A DNA stretch of 62,991 nucleotides, the filler included, from Folioceros fuciformis (lineage: Eukaryota): the NCBI GenBank assembly GCA_049999805.1. It is 5 parts of 5 records of this genome, joined end to end, with 100 filler letters (N's around TTAATTAATTAA, not from the genome) between each part and the next. Parts side by side here need not be neighbours in the genome. Positions count along the whole stretch, not along the records: positions 1 to 21,203 come from JBNGIO010001043.1; positions 21,304 to 41,993 come from JBNGIO010001045.1; 3 more parts are not named here. One strand, written 5' to 3'. The position numbers were made by a program, and so were the translations under genes. Every line of letters begins with the position of its first letter. Position 1 is the stretch's first letter. The notes beneath the pieces were generated by a model. It worked only from the letters and a program-made list of their open reading frames with translations, was not told where the DNA came from and did not search any database. Below, in pieces: positions 11,349 to 23,459 of the stretch.

Positions 11349-13911
11349 TTAGCACTTGGGCATGAAGGGAGGTGGGCCGGGGAGAGTTTCCTCGGGTCCC
11401 TTTCCATCCTTGACGATGAATCCCATAGCCATACCCCACGAGGTGTGGATCTCTAGATGGCAATGCAAGAACCAAACACCTGAAACGTACACGACACATA
11501 GATGAGAACAAATGCTAAGGTGCCTAGGCTCAGGCGAATTTATCACTCTGTCAAATGCTACACAAATTACCTGGATTGTCAGCTTTGAAACGAATGGCAG
11601 TCCATCCACCAGCAGGCACGGAGGCTGTATTACGAAGAGGTGGGTCCTCGAGGTTGAAATCCTTGGAATGCACTTTCTCATCAAAGGTTCCGAATCCAGA
11701 GCCCACAATGTAGAAGCTGAAGCCGTGAAGATGGAAGGGATGGCTCTCGAAGAAGAGTGAGTTGGTATTTTGGAAAACCAGTTGCACGTTTGCTCCGAAC
11801 TTGACGACGTTCACTCTCGTCCCCTTCTCCCCCGCAAGGCTAGGCGGCTGCACCGGTCCCGTGAAATTGTACTTGTTCTTGGGAGTATCTGGAAAATTGG
11901 TGGTGAACACGTTTTTCTCCCGGAAGTAGTAAGCCTGTAGCAGAGCCATCAAGTTAGATATACACCAGCCGAAGGAAGGAGTCAAGATTGGGACAGAGGA
12001 CAAGGGAAAGCACTCGCCTCCAAAATGGATCGGCTTGGGGCGACAAAAGTGATGTTGTTGACGCTGGTTCTGATCCTGAAATCTCCGCCTGGTGTAACTA
12101 TACCGCATCCATCCCCAGGTTTGCACGCCTCAAGATTATAGCCGACGGTGAATTCCTGGTGTTCGTCCAGCTTCGTGGGCACCGAGATGGGGAACTTCTT
12201 GTTGGCCAGAGACCTGATCTTGTCGTCGAAATCGAAAGCGAACTGACTATCGTTGAAGGCAGGAAACTTGGGCAACGCAGACCTCTTCGCCTTCCCTTTC
12301 TTAGGCTTGGGCTTCACGTATTCCAAGATGGCAGTGGCAGGCGTAGTCGGGAAAGGGACAAAATTAATTGGGGCAGGAGACCATACGCTGGTGGCGATAT
12401 AATACTCCCCTCCCTTTTTCTGCGAGGCCTTCAGCAAAACGTTTGTGCTCTGGCCAGGAGTGATGATGAGGACATCCGTCGTGAAAGGCTTAGTGTACTC
12501 AGCATCAGCTTCCACTACAGTGACAACGTGCCCGGCAATGCTGAAATACAGCTCAAAATTCAAGGCCGAATTGATAATTCGGAGAAGATATGTCTTCCCG
12601 GCTTCCACCTTAAGCTTGGTCATCTCTGCGATCGACAAACGTCCGGCGTTCAGCGTAAACAAAATGGAAACACTCGTCCCTGGCAGCCATCGCGTGGGCA
12701 GTTGACGTCACCTTTGGCTGAGCAGTTGTACTGATCTCCAGGCTGGCCATTGAGCGTGAGCGCATCAGAGATTCTGTATCCTGCTCCCTTCCTGATCGCA
12801 TCAACTTCCACTTGCTCAGTGTCAGGCTTCCACCATTCGCCTGCAGAATTCGGCAAGAGATGCAGCCATGGTGAGTTCGAGCGAAGCCGTCTGGAGCAAT
12901 AGCATATGTATTTCTCTGTCCTATCTGTCAACAAGATCAACTCGAACAGCTCACCGAAGATGAGTGTTTCTTCGGCGTAAGGCTTGGGGAAAGGGTACGG
13001 GACGCCCTTCTTGGGGTAGACGATGAAGGCGCCGTGGAGCGTGGCTCTGAGCCAGGTGATGTGAGCGTGATACCTGCGATTCGTGCGGAGGAGAGCACTT
13101 CAGCACTCCTTCCGAGCGAGTCCAGCTGCAAGCCAAGTTCAATCGTGAAGCGGGAGATTCGAGACACCGTGACCGAGGCAAACTTACCACACAGTTCCCC
13201 GCTGGCCGTGATTCACCGTAAATCGGTAGGTGAAGGAATCGCCGGGCTGGATGGGGCACATAGTCACATACGCGGGACCGTCCTGCCAGTTCTGCAGCAC
13301 CATTCTCAGGCCGTGCCTGCAGACACAGCATTGTGTCATTCCCGTGATTTGGCATGGCCGACTGGTGTGCGCGACAAGATTTCGTCCTCATCTAATCACC
13401 AATTCTGAAAGGGAGGATTCCGATGCGGAGGATTCTGCAGGGTGTACCAGTGCAGTGTGACGTTGTGCTCCACGTGATTGGTGACCTTGATGACCACGGT
13501 GTCATCTTCTCGGATGTGGATGGTAGGTCCTGGGAACTCGTTGTTGATGGTAACTATCGTCTTGGACTCGCAGAGCCGAGTGACTTGGGTGTTCACGATC
13601 TGCAGTACACACAAGCCAATTGCCAACAGCAAAGCCAACACGTTAGAACGGACGAAACTGCAGCGCGAGCATGCATACACCCGGTTCCCGGCACCCTATT
13701 CCGGGCCCGTAGCCTGGGCCATGGTTCATGTAAGCACCTTCCAATCGTAGTAGTGCGTGATGGGTTCGCTGCCCTTGCGTCCCTTGTCCAAATCAAGAGG
13801 TTTTTCGTTCTTGTACGTGATGTTGGCCGACACCCCGGTGGCCAGGCACACCAGGGCCAGCACAAGGGCGGCCTTCTGGGCCATGATCTGCACTGTCTGT
13901 TCCCTGGCCAT
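11349..13911 (-). CDS. LAC: Laccase (multicopper oxidase), copy A
   Basis: Signal peptide. Copper ligand motifs HWHG, WYHAH, HPFHLHG and [12 protein letters not shown] are assembled across introns. C-terminal PPPFMPKC. Confidence 0.95.
13888..13908 (-). promoter_or_regulatory. Putative miR408 target site at the start of laccase A
   Basis: mRNA sequence GCCAGGGAACAGACAGTGCAG versus the complement of miR408-3p, GCCAGGGAAGAGGCAGTGCA(T/G): two internal mismatches. Confidence 0.6.
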
Positions 13912-16900
13912 TGCTGCGACTAGAGCAACTCGGCCGCAATGGATCGACACCGAGTCGGCCCCGAGGTTCGCCTTGAAATCAAATCTCCGAGCAGGCAACC
14001 GACAACCAATGCCTCATCCCCCAAATACAACTCTGGTTCAAACAGAATAGGCCTGTCAGATTTATGCATCCCAGGCTCCCGCGGAGGTCAAGGCGGGCAG
14101 CACGCGGGAGTCAAGAGTGGAGCTGCAAGGTAGCAGAGCTGCCTGCCCAGAATGAACTGGGTGTCGTATAACTAGAAGCCTCCTAGTTATCCTTGGCAGA
14201 AAAACAGATTGAGTGCACAATTTGCCTCTGGTGGGCCTCCTGAAGACTTCCTGCTCCCAAAATCCTCTCACCTTGCAGCTGGGAGTCGCCGCACAGTGAT
14301 GGCTATTAGAGGCAAGTCTCAACATGGTCTGAGCGTGCAAGCCGGCCCTGTCAGAATGTGCATTGACCCCGTGTTAAAGCGGTTATCGGAGACATAGCAA
14401 ATATCGCAGATATTTGCTATTGGCCGGGACCTTTAAATACGGGTGAGAATGCTGGGGACTCGAGCCGACTTCCCCCGCATTTCGTCTAGTCTTCACAGAC
14501 CCACATGTTTCCCAGACCCGTCGTCACCATGTACTACGACACTACTATACGTCGCTGCCATAATCCGCAGCGTAGAGGTCTCCCCTTATCCTTTGGGAGA
14601 CTGCAAACTTGGGCATCAGCCCAGATAACTAGGCTCCAGTGCAAACAGGATTGAGAAAGGAACCCATAGCCCTGCGACCCAACACTCACCATCTTGGCGC
14701 TATGTCCGTGATTCTTCGTTTCTAGAATTTGTATAATAACTATCCAAGTCTCATCTATGTGGCAGATGCCGATCCCATTCTCTCTGTAGAGGTGGATTCG
14801 CTCGAAGCCTGTGCAAGGCGGGAAGATATCGGGCGTGAGCCTCCCTCCCCGAAATCCTCCCGACCTTCAAAGCTGTGCACAAAGAAAGGATTTCTGCAGC
14901 TCCAGCAGAGCCGTGTGGTCCGCGGCACAGTCGGAGGGAACTTGCCAAAATCCAGCCTTTGTCTCCTTTGCCCACCAGCCTTGGAACCAGTGCATTAAAA
15001 GAAATTTTATTTTCATAAAATGTGTAAATCTCACCATGAATATGAATATTAATATGGCCTATTTTGAGGTCGAGGTTCCGAGTCTTCGGGTGGAGATGAA
15101 GAGATGTCTAGAAACACCCGAGGCAACAAAGGAATCTTGAGTTTTCAGGTTATGAAAATGATGGACTATTTTACAGACTCTACTAAAGATATTGGATAAA
15201 ACTTACATATGTATATTTACTACGGTGGGGGGATTTTTTTCCCTTTTTTTTCTTAAACCTACTATTAATAGCTCGTTCTTCTTCAATTTTGGGCTTATTT
15301 GTTTTTTCCTTACTGTATTATTGCAGGAGTTTGCCGTAACAAGGAGTTCTTCTCCCATGTGGGTACGGGACCCGGGTAGTGCTTCTCGAGGCAGAAGGAC
15401 CCCAGTGCTCGACATGCCTTGTCGGCCGATAATGCGCTCCATGTTCTAAGGGCAAGGCAAAAAGCGGGTAAAGGACTGCACAAACGACCCACACCCGCAT
15501 GGGTATTCTGTACAGCCGGTCCGGTAGAATTGTGTGTCGTTTGCCTCATTTGGAAGGAACGCTATTTATACATGGCGTGAGCCTCGTCAGCTCGGCTGGC
15601 TGTACTGGAAGAGGCATGTGCAACCTGGGACAGCTTTCACACAGCCATGTCCTACACGAAGTGCATATTCCGACTGGATCAATTCCTTCTCATGTTTCAG
15701 GATAGGCAGGCTAGGTTGTTTATGTAGTATGTACATACTGATGGAGACTGTGAGGGACATCTGGTGGGGACAATTCTTTTCGTGGAGATCACAAGGTGTG
15801 CTCTTCTCTTCGCATGCAGATCCGCTCCGACTTTCTAGAGCTGCAGCTGGGTACATAGCGGAATGCACCTTCTGCTGAGTATCGGTGCATTATGCTTAGG
15901 CGACTTGAGATGAACCTGCGCCACCACAGCCTCATGCTCCAGCCTGATGGGTCCGGAAATGTTTCCGGAATCCCGATCTTGAGCAAGATGGCTTTCAATG
16001 TAACAACAGGTTGTAGAAAGCTGTGGATGACAGCAGACCATCGTGAATGCTACAGATCTTGCACGCCTTAGAAGTTGGAACGTCGGAAGTTGGGTGGATT
16101 TGGAGGAGAGTGGACCACAGGTATCACTTTCCCGCCTTTGTGAGCCCTCGGGCGTGGAGGCATTAACTGCAGAACGAAATCCAAGGTGAGTTACTGGATG
16201 GACGACGCAGTGGATCGTCTGCGCTCGCAATAACGCATCACACGTATTGGATGTATAGATTATGTATGTGCTCGGTGTATGCGTACTGTAGCTGGTAGGG
16301 AATAGGCCGGGAGTGCATCCTTGCATCCTTGCATTCCTGCCCACGACTCCCTCGGACCCTTCCTTGCAGGTTCATCGCCTTCCTTGTGAAATTGGTGACA
16401 TTCCGTCGTCTGTGGTATGCAGCTGTCCTGTACAGTAGTGCGATAGGTCGGCAGTCTTCCATTGTCAGAAGGAAAAGGGCATGTAGGACACAGTTCAGGG
16501 CGGAAGAGGGAGCTTCTGCGACGGTTCGCCGCAGCCATGGCCGCATCCTACGTGATCTACCTGCTGTATTGTAAAACAAATAAAATATCCTCCCAAGACA
16601 GGGAAAAGAAGAGGGTCGTGGATATGCACCGGTCCAAGATATTTGCCATCGCAGGGAAGCTTTTGCGACAGGGTCAACCCACAACCGGCATCTGACCACG
16701 CCAGGGCCGGGTTGTACGCTGACCCCATCCTGGGACTTTCCCCCGATAGGCAAAAGGATGTGGCAGCTCCGGTTTCCCAGCACCCAGATCTTGGAGAACA
16801 GGCTGGAGGCGTTGTGGCGCACAGGCCCCACCGAATGCAAATGCGCAATTTGCACATTTGCATAACGCGCATTGGACTCTAGCGCTGGACTTGGATAACC

Positions 16901-17248
16901 AAGACTGTTCGCAATGACCGGACCCCGGTTAATCAAAGCCTTCAGTCGACATTGTCAAGTTGCACCACATTTATTGATCCCGCGTGGGCGACCTTCCCAG
17001 TCTGCGCCAACCTTGAGGCACAACGCGGGTCAATTCTCCTGCAACTTGACGATAATCGGCTGGCCTGTCCTTCCTATAATCGGCATGCCCGGGATGCATA
17101 AAACGCAGCACCTCCGGATTATCAGTCGATCAGGAGCGGTTCGACTCGGCGACCTGTCTCCGAGGCCTGCACTGTTGACGACGCGTTTTGGACGAGCTCG
17201 ACTTTAGATTCATCGTTCCCGGATTGCGGACCGTGTTTGCGATCCGCT

Positions 17249-19713
17249 ATGGCCAGGGAACAGACAGTGCAGGCTCAGGCGCAGGTCGCCGCCCTTGTGC
17301 TGGCCCTTTTGTGTCTCGCCTCCGGGGTCGCAGCCAACATCACTTACGAGCCTGAGCAGCCCTACGATCTGGACAAGGGCCGGAAGGGCAGCGAACCCAT
17401 CACGCACTACTACGACTGGAAGGTGCAGTAGAGCGACTCTGGATGCCGTTTTCCATTTCGCTAGCTCACAATGATTTTGTAGGCGACATCGACAGCTGAT
17501 GTGCACGATTTGTGGGTTCATGACGGTCAATTTACAGATTGTGCACACGGAGGTCACTCGTCTCTGCTCGACGAAGACCATCGTCTCCATCAATGGCCAG
17601 TTTCCGGGGCCTCCAATCCACATGCGGGAAGATGACACCGTGGTGATCAAGGTTACCAATCATGTGGAGCATAATGTCACACTACACTGGTACTCCCACC
17701 TCACTCCTCGTTCCGTGATGCTTGCACTCTGGACTTGTGTTGGGATATCAGACTTACTCTTGTGGGATTGGCAGGCATGGGGTGAGGATGGTGCTCCAGA
17801 ACTGGATGGACGGGCCCGCTTACGTGACTATGTGCCCAATCCAGCCGGGCGACTCCTTCACCTACCGATTCACAGTGGATCATGGCCAGAGGGGAACCGT
17901 GTGGTAAGTTTGCCTCAACCACTCTTGCTGGACTCAGGGTTGTTTATTCCTGCGAGGAGGGCTGAAATTGGTCGTGTGCAACTCCCAGGTACCACGCCCA
18001 TATTACCTGGCTCAGGGCCACTCTGTACGGGGCTTTCATCGTCTACCCTAAGAAAGGCGTCTCGTACCCGTTCCCCAAACCGTACGGTGAAGAGACAATC
18101 CTCTTTGGTGAGTTGCCGACTTGGCTGTCCAGTGTCCTGATTGAGGGAAGGTAGTGGAAGGTCCATTCTGCTGCGGCATGGCTTCGGATTCCTCCGGTTC
18201 TCACTGTGTTTGCCGGTTCGCGAAACCTTGCAGGTGAATGGTGGAAGGCTGACACCGAACAGATCGAAATCGTCGCGATCAGGCAGGGAGCAAAGTACAA
18301 CGTTTCCGACGCGTACACTCTGAATGGTCAGCCTGGAGACACCCAGAATTGCTCAGCCGCAGGTAACTCATTCCTGCCGGGTGTCGGTTTTAGTGTGATT
18401 CCGAGAAACTGGAAATTCCGAGCCCATTGCATTGGTCTTCCAATGATCTCAACAAAAGCTTGTCGAGTGCAGAGATGACAAGAGTGAAGGTGAAAGCTGG
18501 CAAGACCTATCTTCTGCGACTCATAAATGCCGCCATGAATTTCGAGCAGTATTTCAGCGTCGCTGGGCATCAGCTGACGGTGGTGGAAGCGGACGGGGAG
18601 TATACCAAGCCGTACACAACAGACGTAATTATCCTCACCCCTGGCCAGAGCACCAACGTATTGCTCAAAGCCTCCCACAAGGAAGGAGGAGAGTATTACA
18701 TGGCCATCAGTCCGTGGTCTCCAGCCCCTGTGCCGTTTGGCAAGATACCTGCTAGCGGCATCTTGGAGTATGTGAAGCCCAAAAACAGCAAGAAGAAAAG
18801 GTCTCCGATGCCCATCTTCCCTGCAGCCAACGACAGTCAGTTTGCACTCGATTTTGACGAGAGTCTCAAGTCCCTGGCCAGCAAGAAGTTCCCGATCTCT
18901 GTGCCTTTGGAACTGGACGAGCACCAGGAATTCACTGTCGGATACAACGTGCAGCCGTGCAAGCCTGAAGACGGATGCGCTTTCCGAGGCAACCAGTTCA
19001 GGCTGAGGACCAGCATCAACAACATCACTTTCATTGCCCCTACCAAGTCTCTTCTAGAGGTGAGTGACGTCCTCTTCCTCTCGTCACACATTGAGCCCAC
19101 CCACCTCGGCATTTTTTAACTTCTCGCGTCTCTGCAGGCTTACTACTTCAGGGAGAAAAAAGTGTTCACAACCAATTTCCCAGATACCCCCAAGTACAAG
19201 TACAACTTCACTGGTCCGGTGCAGCCTGGTAGCCTTCTGGGTGAGCAGGGAACGAGACTGAATGTCCTCAAGTACGGAGCCAATGTGCAACTGGTGTTCC
19301 AGAACACCAACTCCCTCTTTTTTGAGAGCCACCCCTTCCATCTTCACGGCTTCAGCTTTTACATTGTGGGCTCTGGTTTTGGGACCTTTGACGAGAAAGT
19401 GCATACGAATGGCTTCAACCTTATAGATCCACCGCTTCGCAATACAGCATCCGTTCCTGCCGGAGGGTGGACTGCAATTCGCTTCAAAGCTGATAATCCA
19501 GGTAAGAGTGGACGAGATCTCAGTTGTGTGATAAATTTGCCACTTTCTGAAAGCATTCTAACTCGCGGAATTTGTGCATCAGGTGTCTGGTTCTTGCATT
19601 GCCATCTTGAGATCCACACCTCGTGGGGCATGGCCATGGCTTTTATTGTGAAGGATGGGAAAGGGCCATTGGAATCGCTTCCCGACCCACCTCCCTTCAT
19701 GCCCAAGTGCTAG
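17249..19713 (+). CDS. LAC: Laccase (multicopper oxidase), copy B, divergently oriented paralog of copy A
   Basis: Same exon structure and copper motifs ([28 protein letters not shown]). Long identical peptide stretches shared with copy A. Confidence 0.95.
17252..17272 (+). promoter_or_regulatory. Putative miR408 target site at the start of laccase B
   Basis: GCCAGGGAACAGACAGTGCAG, identical to the site in copy A. Confidence 0.6.
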
Positions 19714-20220
19714 ATGTGAGGCAGTCTTTTCCCCGGAAGCAACCACCTCGATTGTTGTGTGGGACTCTTCTGTTCCGCGTGCACATCCTTCGAAGAAGCG
19801 TGCATTGTTCTTTACTCAAGAAAATCATAAAAATGTGTAGATTGGACATTGCTGGCAGTTATTTTTTTAATAAAACACGTAGCCTGCCCAGAAATACGCT
19901 TTCTTGGATTGATTGATTGACAAATTGCAGCGCATCACGTTATATGACAAATAAATTGAGTAACAATATCTATAACTTAAGTGCGTACTTTAGTACCCCT
20001 CACAAATCCTCTATTGCTCTATTGTATGTTCCAGTGTAGTGGTTGGACTCCAACTTGATTATAAACTTAACTTGCAAAGGTAAAAATTGTGCACCAACAT
20101 TTAGACACAATTATTCCTTCTTTAAAGACAACACACTTGGATTTTCACCGCTATGTCTTATGATAATGCGACCTATGAATGCTATAGGTTGTGACTGTAT
20201 TGGGTTCTTTCCTCTAGTCA

Positions 20221-20930
20221 CCTAATTATCTACTTTGCACAAGGTTTGCAATTGTTTTAGAATCTAGAGATGCCCTGGCATGGTCATGTCTAAGGCCTAA
20301 TTATCTACTTTGCACAAGGTTTGCAATTATTTTAGAATCTAGAGATGCCCCAGCATGGTCATGTCGAAGGCACTCGAAGATGTATCACCATGCTCGGGGC
20401 ACCTCAGGATACATGGCACCCCTTGGATAGACCCTAATTTTCACACCCTAAAAAATAGAGACTAGAAGCTATGACCACTTCCTAGGAGACTTTGTTCTCT
20501 AGGCATTTTGAAAGCTATCTCCACTTCTTGGGAGACTTTGTTCTCGAGGCATTTTGAAGGCTAGCTATTGGTAGCCTCATTCAAGACATCCGACCTATCT
20601 AGTGTATCTCGTATGGAGTCTTAAGGGAGGCTGCTTGGTGTCCATAACGCACCTAGTGTATCTGGTATGGAGTCTTAAGGGGGGTTGCTTGGTGTCCATA
20701 ATGCACACTGCCGAGCCATTCTCTGGGAACTAGAGGACCCCTTGTTCCCATTGATTTGTGGTGTTGAGCGCATATGAAACCCCTTAAACCCTAAACAACA
20801 AACACAAGTACTTTAAGGCAATATGAATGGAGCTTCATGGGTATGGTGAACCAATTGCAACAACCCTTGTTGCTCCTCCCTGAAAGGAAAGCTACGATGA
20901 ACCAATCACAACCATCCTTGTTGCTCCTGT
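20221..20930. repeat. Cluster of short two-copy tandem duplications (~75, ~46, ~53 and ~51 bp) in AT-rich, probably TE-derived DNA
   Basis: CCTAATTATCTACTTTGCACAAGGTTTGCAATT x2; GGAGACTTTGTTCTCNAGGCATTTTGAA x2; CTAGTGTATCTNGTATGGAGTCTTAAGGG x2; TGAACCAAT..CCTTGTTGCTCCT x2. Confidence 0.8.
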
Positions 20931-21203
20931 CTCATCAAAGGAAAGCTCAATTATGTCTCACGTGGAGATGATCTTCCCTAGAAATGTTACCTAGTTGCGA
21001 TTATTACCCCACTGCAATCCTTAGTAGTCAACCTGTTGCCACCATCTTGTACTAGCTATACCACGTGATTAGGCACTTTGTTTACTTTAATGGGCCCCAA
21101 CAAAAGTGAAGTTTGGGGGATAATTTTCCCTGTTTGACACAAGTAGCAAGGACTATTATTGTATAATTAACTTGTCCACCTCACCATTACACTAAGGACC
21201 ATG

Positions 21204-21303
21204 NNNNNNNNNNNNNNNNNNNNNNNNNNNNNNNNNNNNNNNNNNNNTTAATTAATTAANNNNNNNNNNNNNNNNNNNNNNNNNNNNNNNNNNNNNNNNN
21301 NNN
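21204..21303. other. Assembly gap spacer (N run with TTAATTAATTAA)
   Basis: Identical 100-nt spacer found four times in the window. Confidence 0.98.
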
Positions 21304-21729
21304 CTGCATGTTAGAGTACGCCGATCTACCGACGTACTGTAGTTGCGGCATGTTACCGTCTGGCGGTAGATTAGCGCACTCCTGTTGTAGCATGGAACAG
21401 TTGGACAACCTTTCAAACTCAGTTACTTTTCAGTTGTTTCATGTCACTACTCAATTCTAAAAGTTTGCCTTTCGTTATGGATAGAGGGGTTTGAAGCAGA
21501 CTTACGAGTACATTGACAAAGATTGAAGTTCGAATGGGCAAGGAGTATGGGGCACCAAGTGAAGTATTATGGTGATCGTGGAAAATATATTGGGTTGTCC
21601 ATTGATGTTATTAATATACATGTTGTTGGATGCATGGTATACATTGATCTTATTGATATACATGTTGTTGGATGCATGGTGTACAATAGTACAATGACAC
21701 TGGAGCTTTTCATAAATATGGTAATATTA

Positions 21730-22050
21730 GGAACAACGCGAGATTGTGAGATTAGCACTGATGGTGGATAGATTTACAACCTTAGTACCACTCTAGTTAA
21801 TGAGGGCACCAAAGAATTTTTTGAGACCCATGGGACCACTGGCAAGAAGCTTTCCAAGCCTCCTTGTGCTTTGGAGACCTATAGGCCCATGGGCCAATGA
21901 GCAACGAGTTTTCTAGGCTTTATAAGGAGTTTGCCAAAGCTCATCACAACCATAGAAATGAGATTCTCCCTCTTTTCTCATAAGTAGCTTTCTTTCAATA
22001 GCGTATGTTCATTGCTTTGCAAAGATAGGCAACGTAGTTTGCGATAAGAA
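21730..22050 (+). mobile_element. Degenerate fragment resembling the C-terminal restriction-like endonuclease region of a CRE-type non-LTR retrotransposon
   Basis: Interrupted translation gives PCALETYRPMGQ*ATSFL and FQ*RMFIALQR*A, resembling the 'PFAxETxGxxG..A..FL' and 'xQRxSIALQRxxA' motifs. Stops and frameshifts are present. Confidence 0.4.
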
Positions 22051-23459
22051 GTGTCAAATTATTGAGGTGGGACAAACTTATTCACAAGGTATGTGAGGTT
22101 TCTCATCTCTTCTTAAAAATAAAAAATAGATAATTTTATTATAAATTTGATATTATAAATAATTATTGATAGATTTATACTTCTCCTTTAAGATAATTGC
22201 TTATTAGTAACATTCTTCCAATTAATTTTTTGTAGTTTAGACAAAATAGGTACAAGTTTATGAGAACTGCAAGTCCCAAAAATCAGTCCTCTACTAGAAT
22301 TCTTTTGTCCTTCCATACTCCGGATGTGTACCACATTTCCAAAAGGATTTCTTCCCTTGCGGAATTTCCAGAAGACTATGGACACCACGTAAAAGGAGCA
22401 CCATCAGGCAAGACCAACATCTCCTCAAAACAAGGTAATGCTCTCCGAACGGGACCTTTGGGACAAGCACCATAGCCTAGTGCTCACCAGCCCTAGGGTG
22501 GGAATGTATATATGCCTTCAATGAGGCTTTCCACGTGGATATCTACTTTGTGCATCACACGCTAAGCTTGAGAAAGCTAACGGGGGCAGACATACAAGTG
22601 TAGTACGCGATGCGTAGGTCAGGAGTGAAGGAGGGTCATGGTCACTATCTTTGTGGCTGCCCTTGAAGCCGTGTGCGTTAGCTGAGCAATCGGAGTCCGG
22701 CACACAAATTGCACTTGAGACGTTTTGCACTGCACAGTGGGATTACAGCTAACTTGTTTGTTGGGCACCTGCCTAGTGATCTTGTATGTAATGCAGAAAG
22801 AAGGAACGCCAAGCTACGCTTTGATAGTATGCGTTCACCAAGAATGCGGTGGCAATGGACCGACCTGATACATAGCTAGTTGGGTATGCCCTAGCTAGGA
22901 CGGTCATTTTGGCAGATGTTATCTTCTCGTCCGCGTGCTAGGTCAGGTGGGGAGAGGGGGTCTGTCCGGTTGGTTAGGTTGGAGCTTTCCGCTAATGCAG
23001 CCACTAGATGCAATGTATAGTGGTCGTCTGCAGCCAGTTCCTCAAGTGCTCTAGCGGAATTAGATATTCACAGGACCCTCATAACAGACCAGCTGGACTG
23101 ACTTGGTGCAGGCAGAGCTCTACCTGCATCATGCTCAGGTCAGTGCTTTCGAGTAACATGATGCTGTCAAAGCTCCGTGGAAGCGACAGAACAATCCATA
23201 CTTCATGCTGACAGTGTACACACTGATTCCACCCAGTGCCATCAATCCAGTCCTGACTATCAACGGTATCTACCTATACAACTACAGAAAATCATATAAA
23301 TTTGGGTCATTTTTTTATTCCCACTACTATCGATGCCTCGTAGGAACACTTTCCTTTCCTTTCCAGTCAGCGCCCTCTGATCACTTCCCTGTCTTACCAG
23401 CTCGGAGCGCCCACTTAGGCTAGTCGCAGTCGTAACATATGTCTCAGGAAAAACCCCAT

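Noticed and set aside
13912..17248. GTAC copper-response elements between the laccases
   Set aside because: I counted roughly nine in 3.3 kb, which is not above random expectation.
18522..18542. miR397 site at the INAAxN codons of the laccases
   Set aside because: About eight differences from CATCAACGCTGCACTCAATGA in copy B, and similarly many in copy A.
21204..21303. TTAATTAATTAA motif recurring four times
   Set aside because: It is an artificial all-frame-stop linker inside N spacers.
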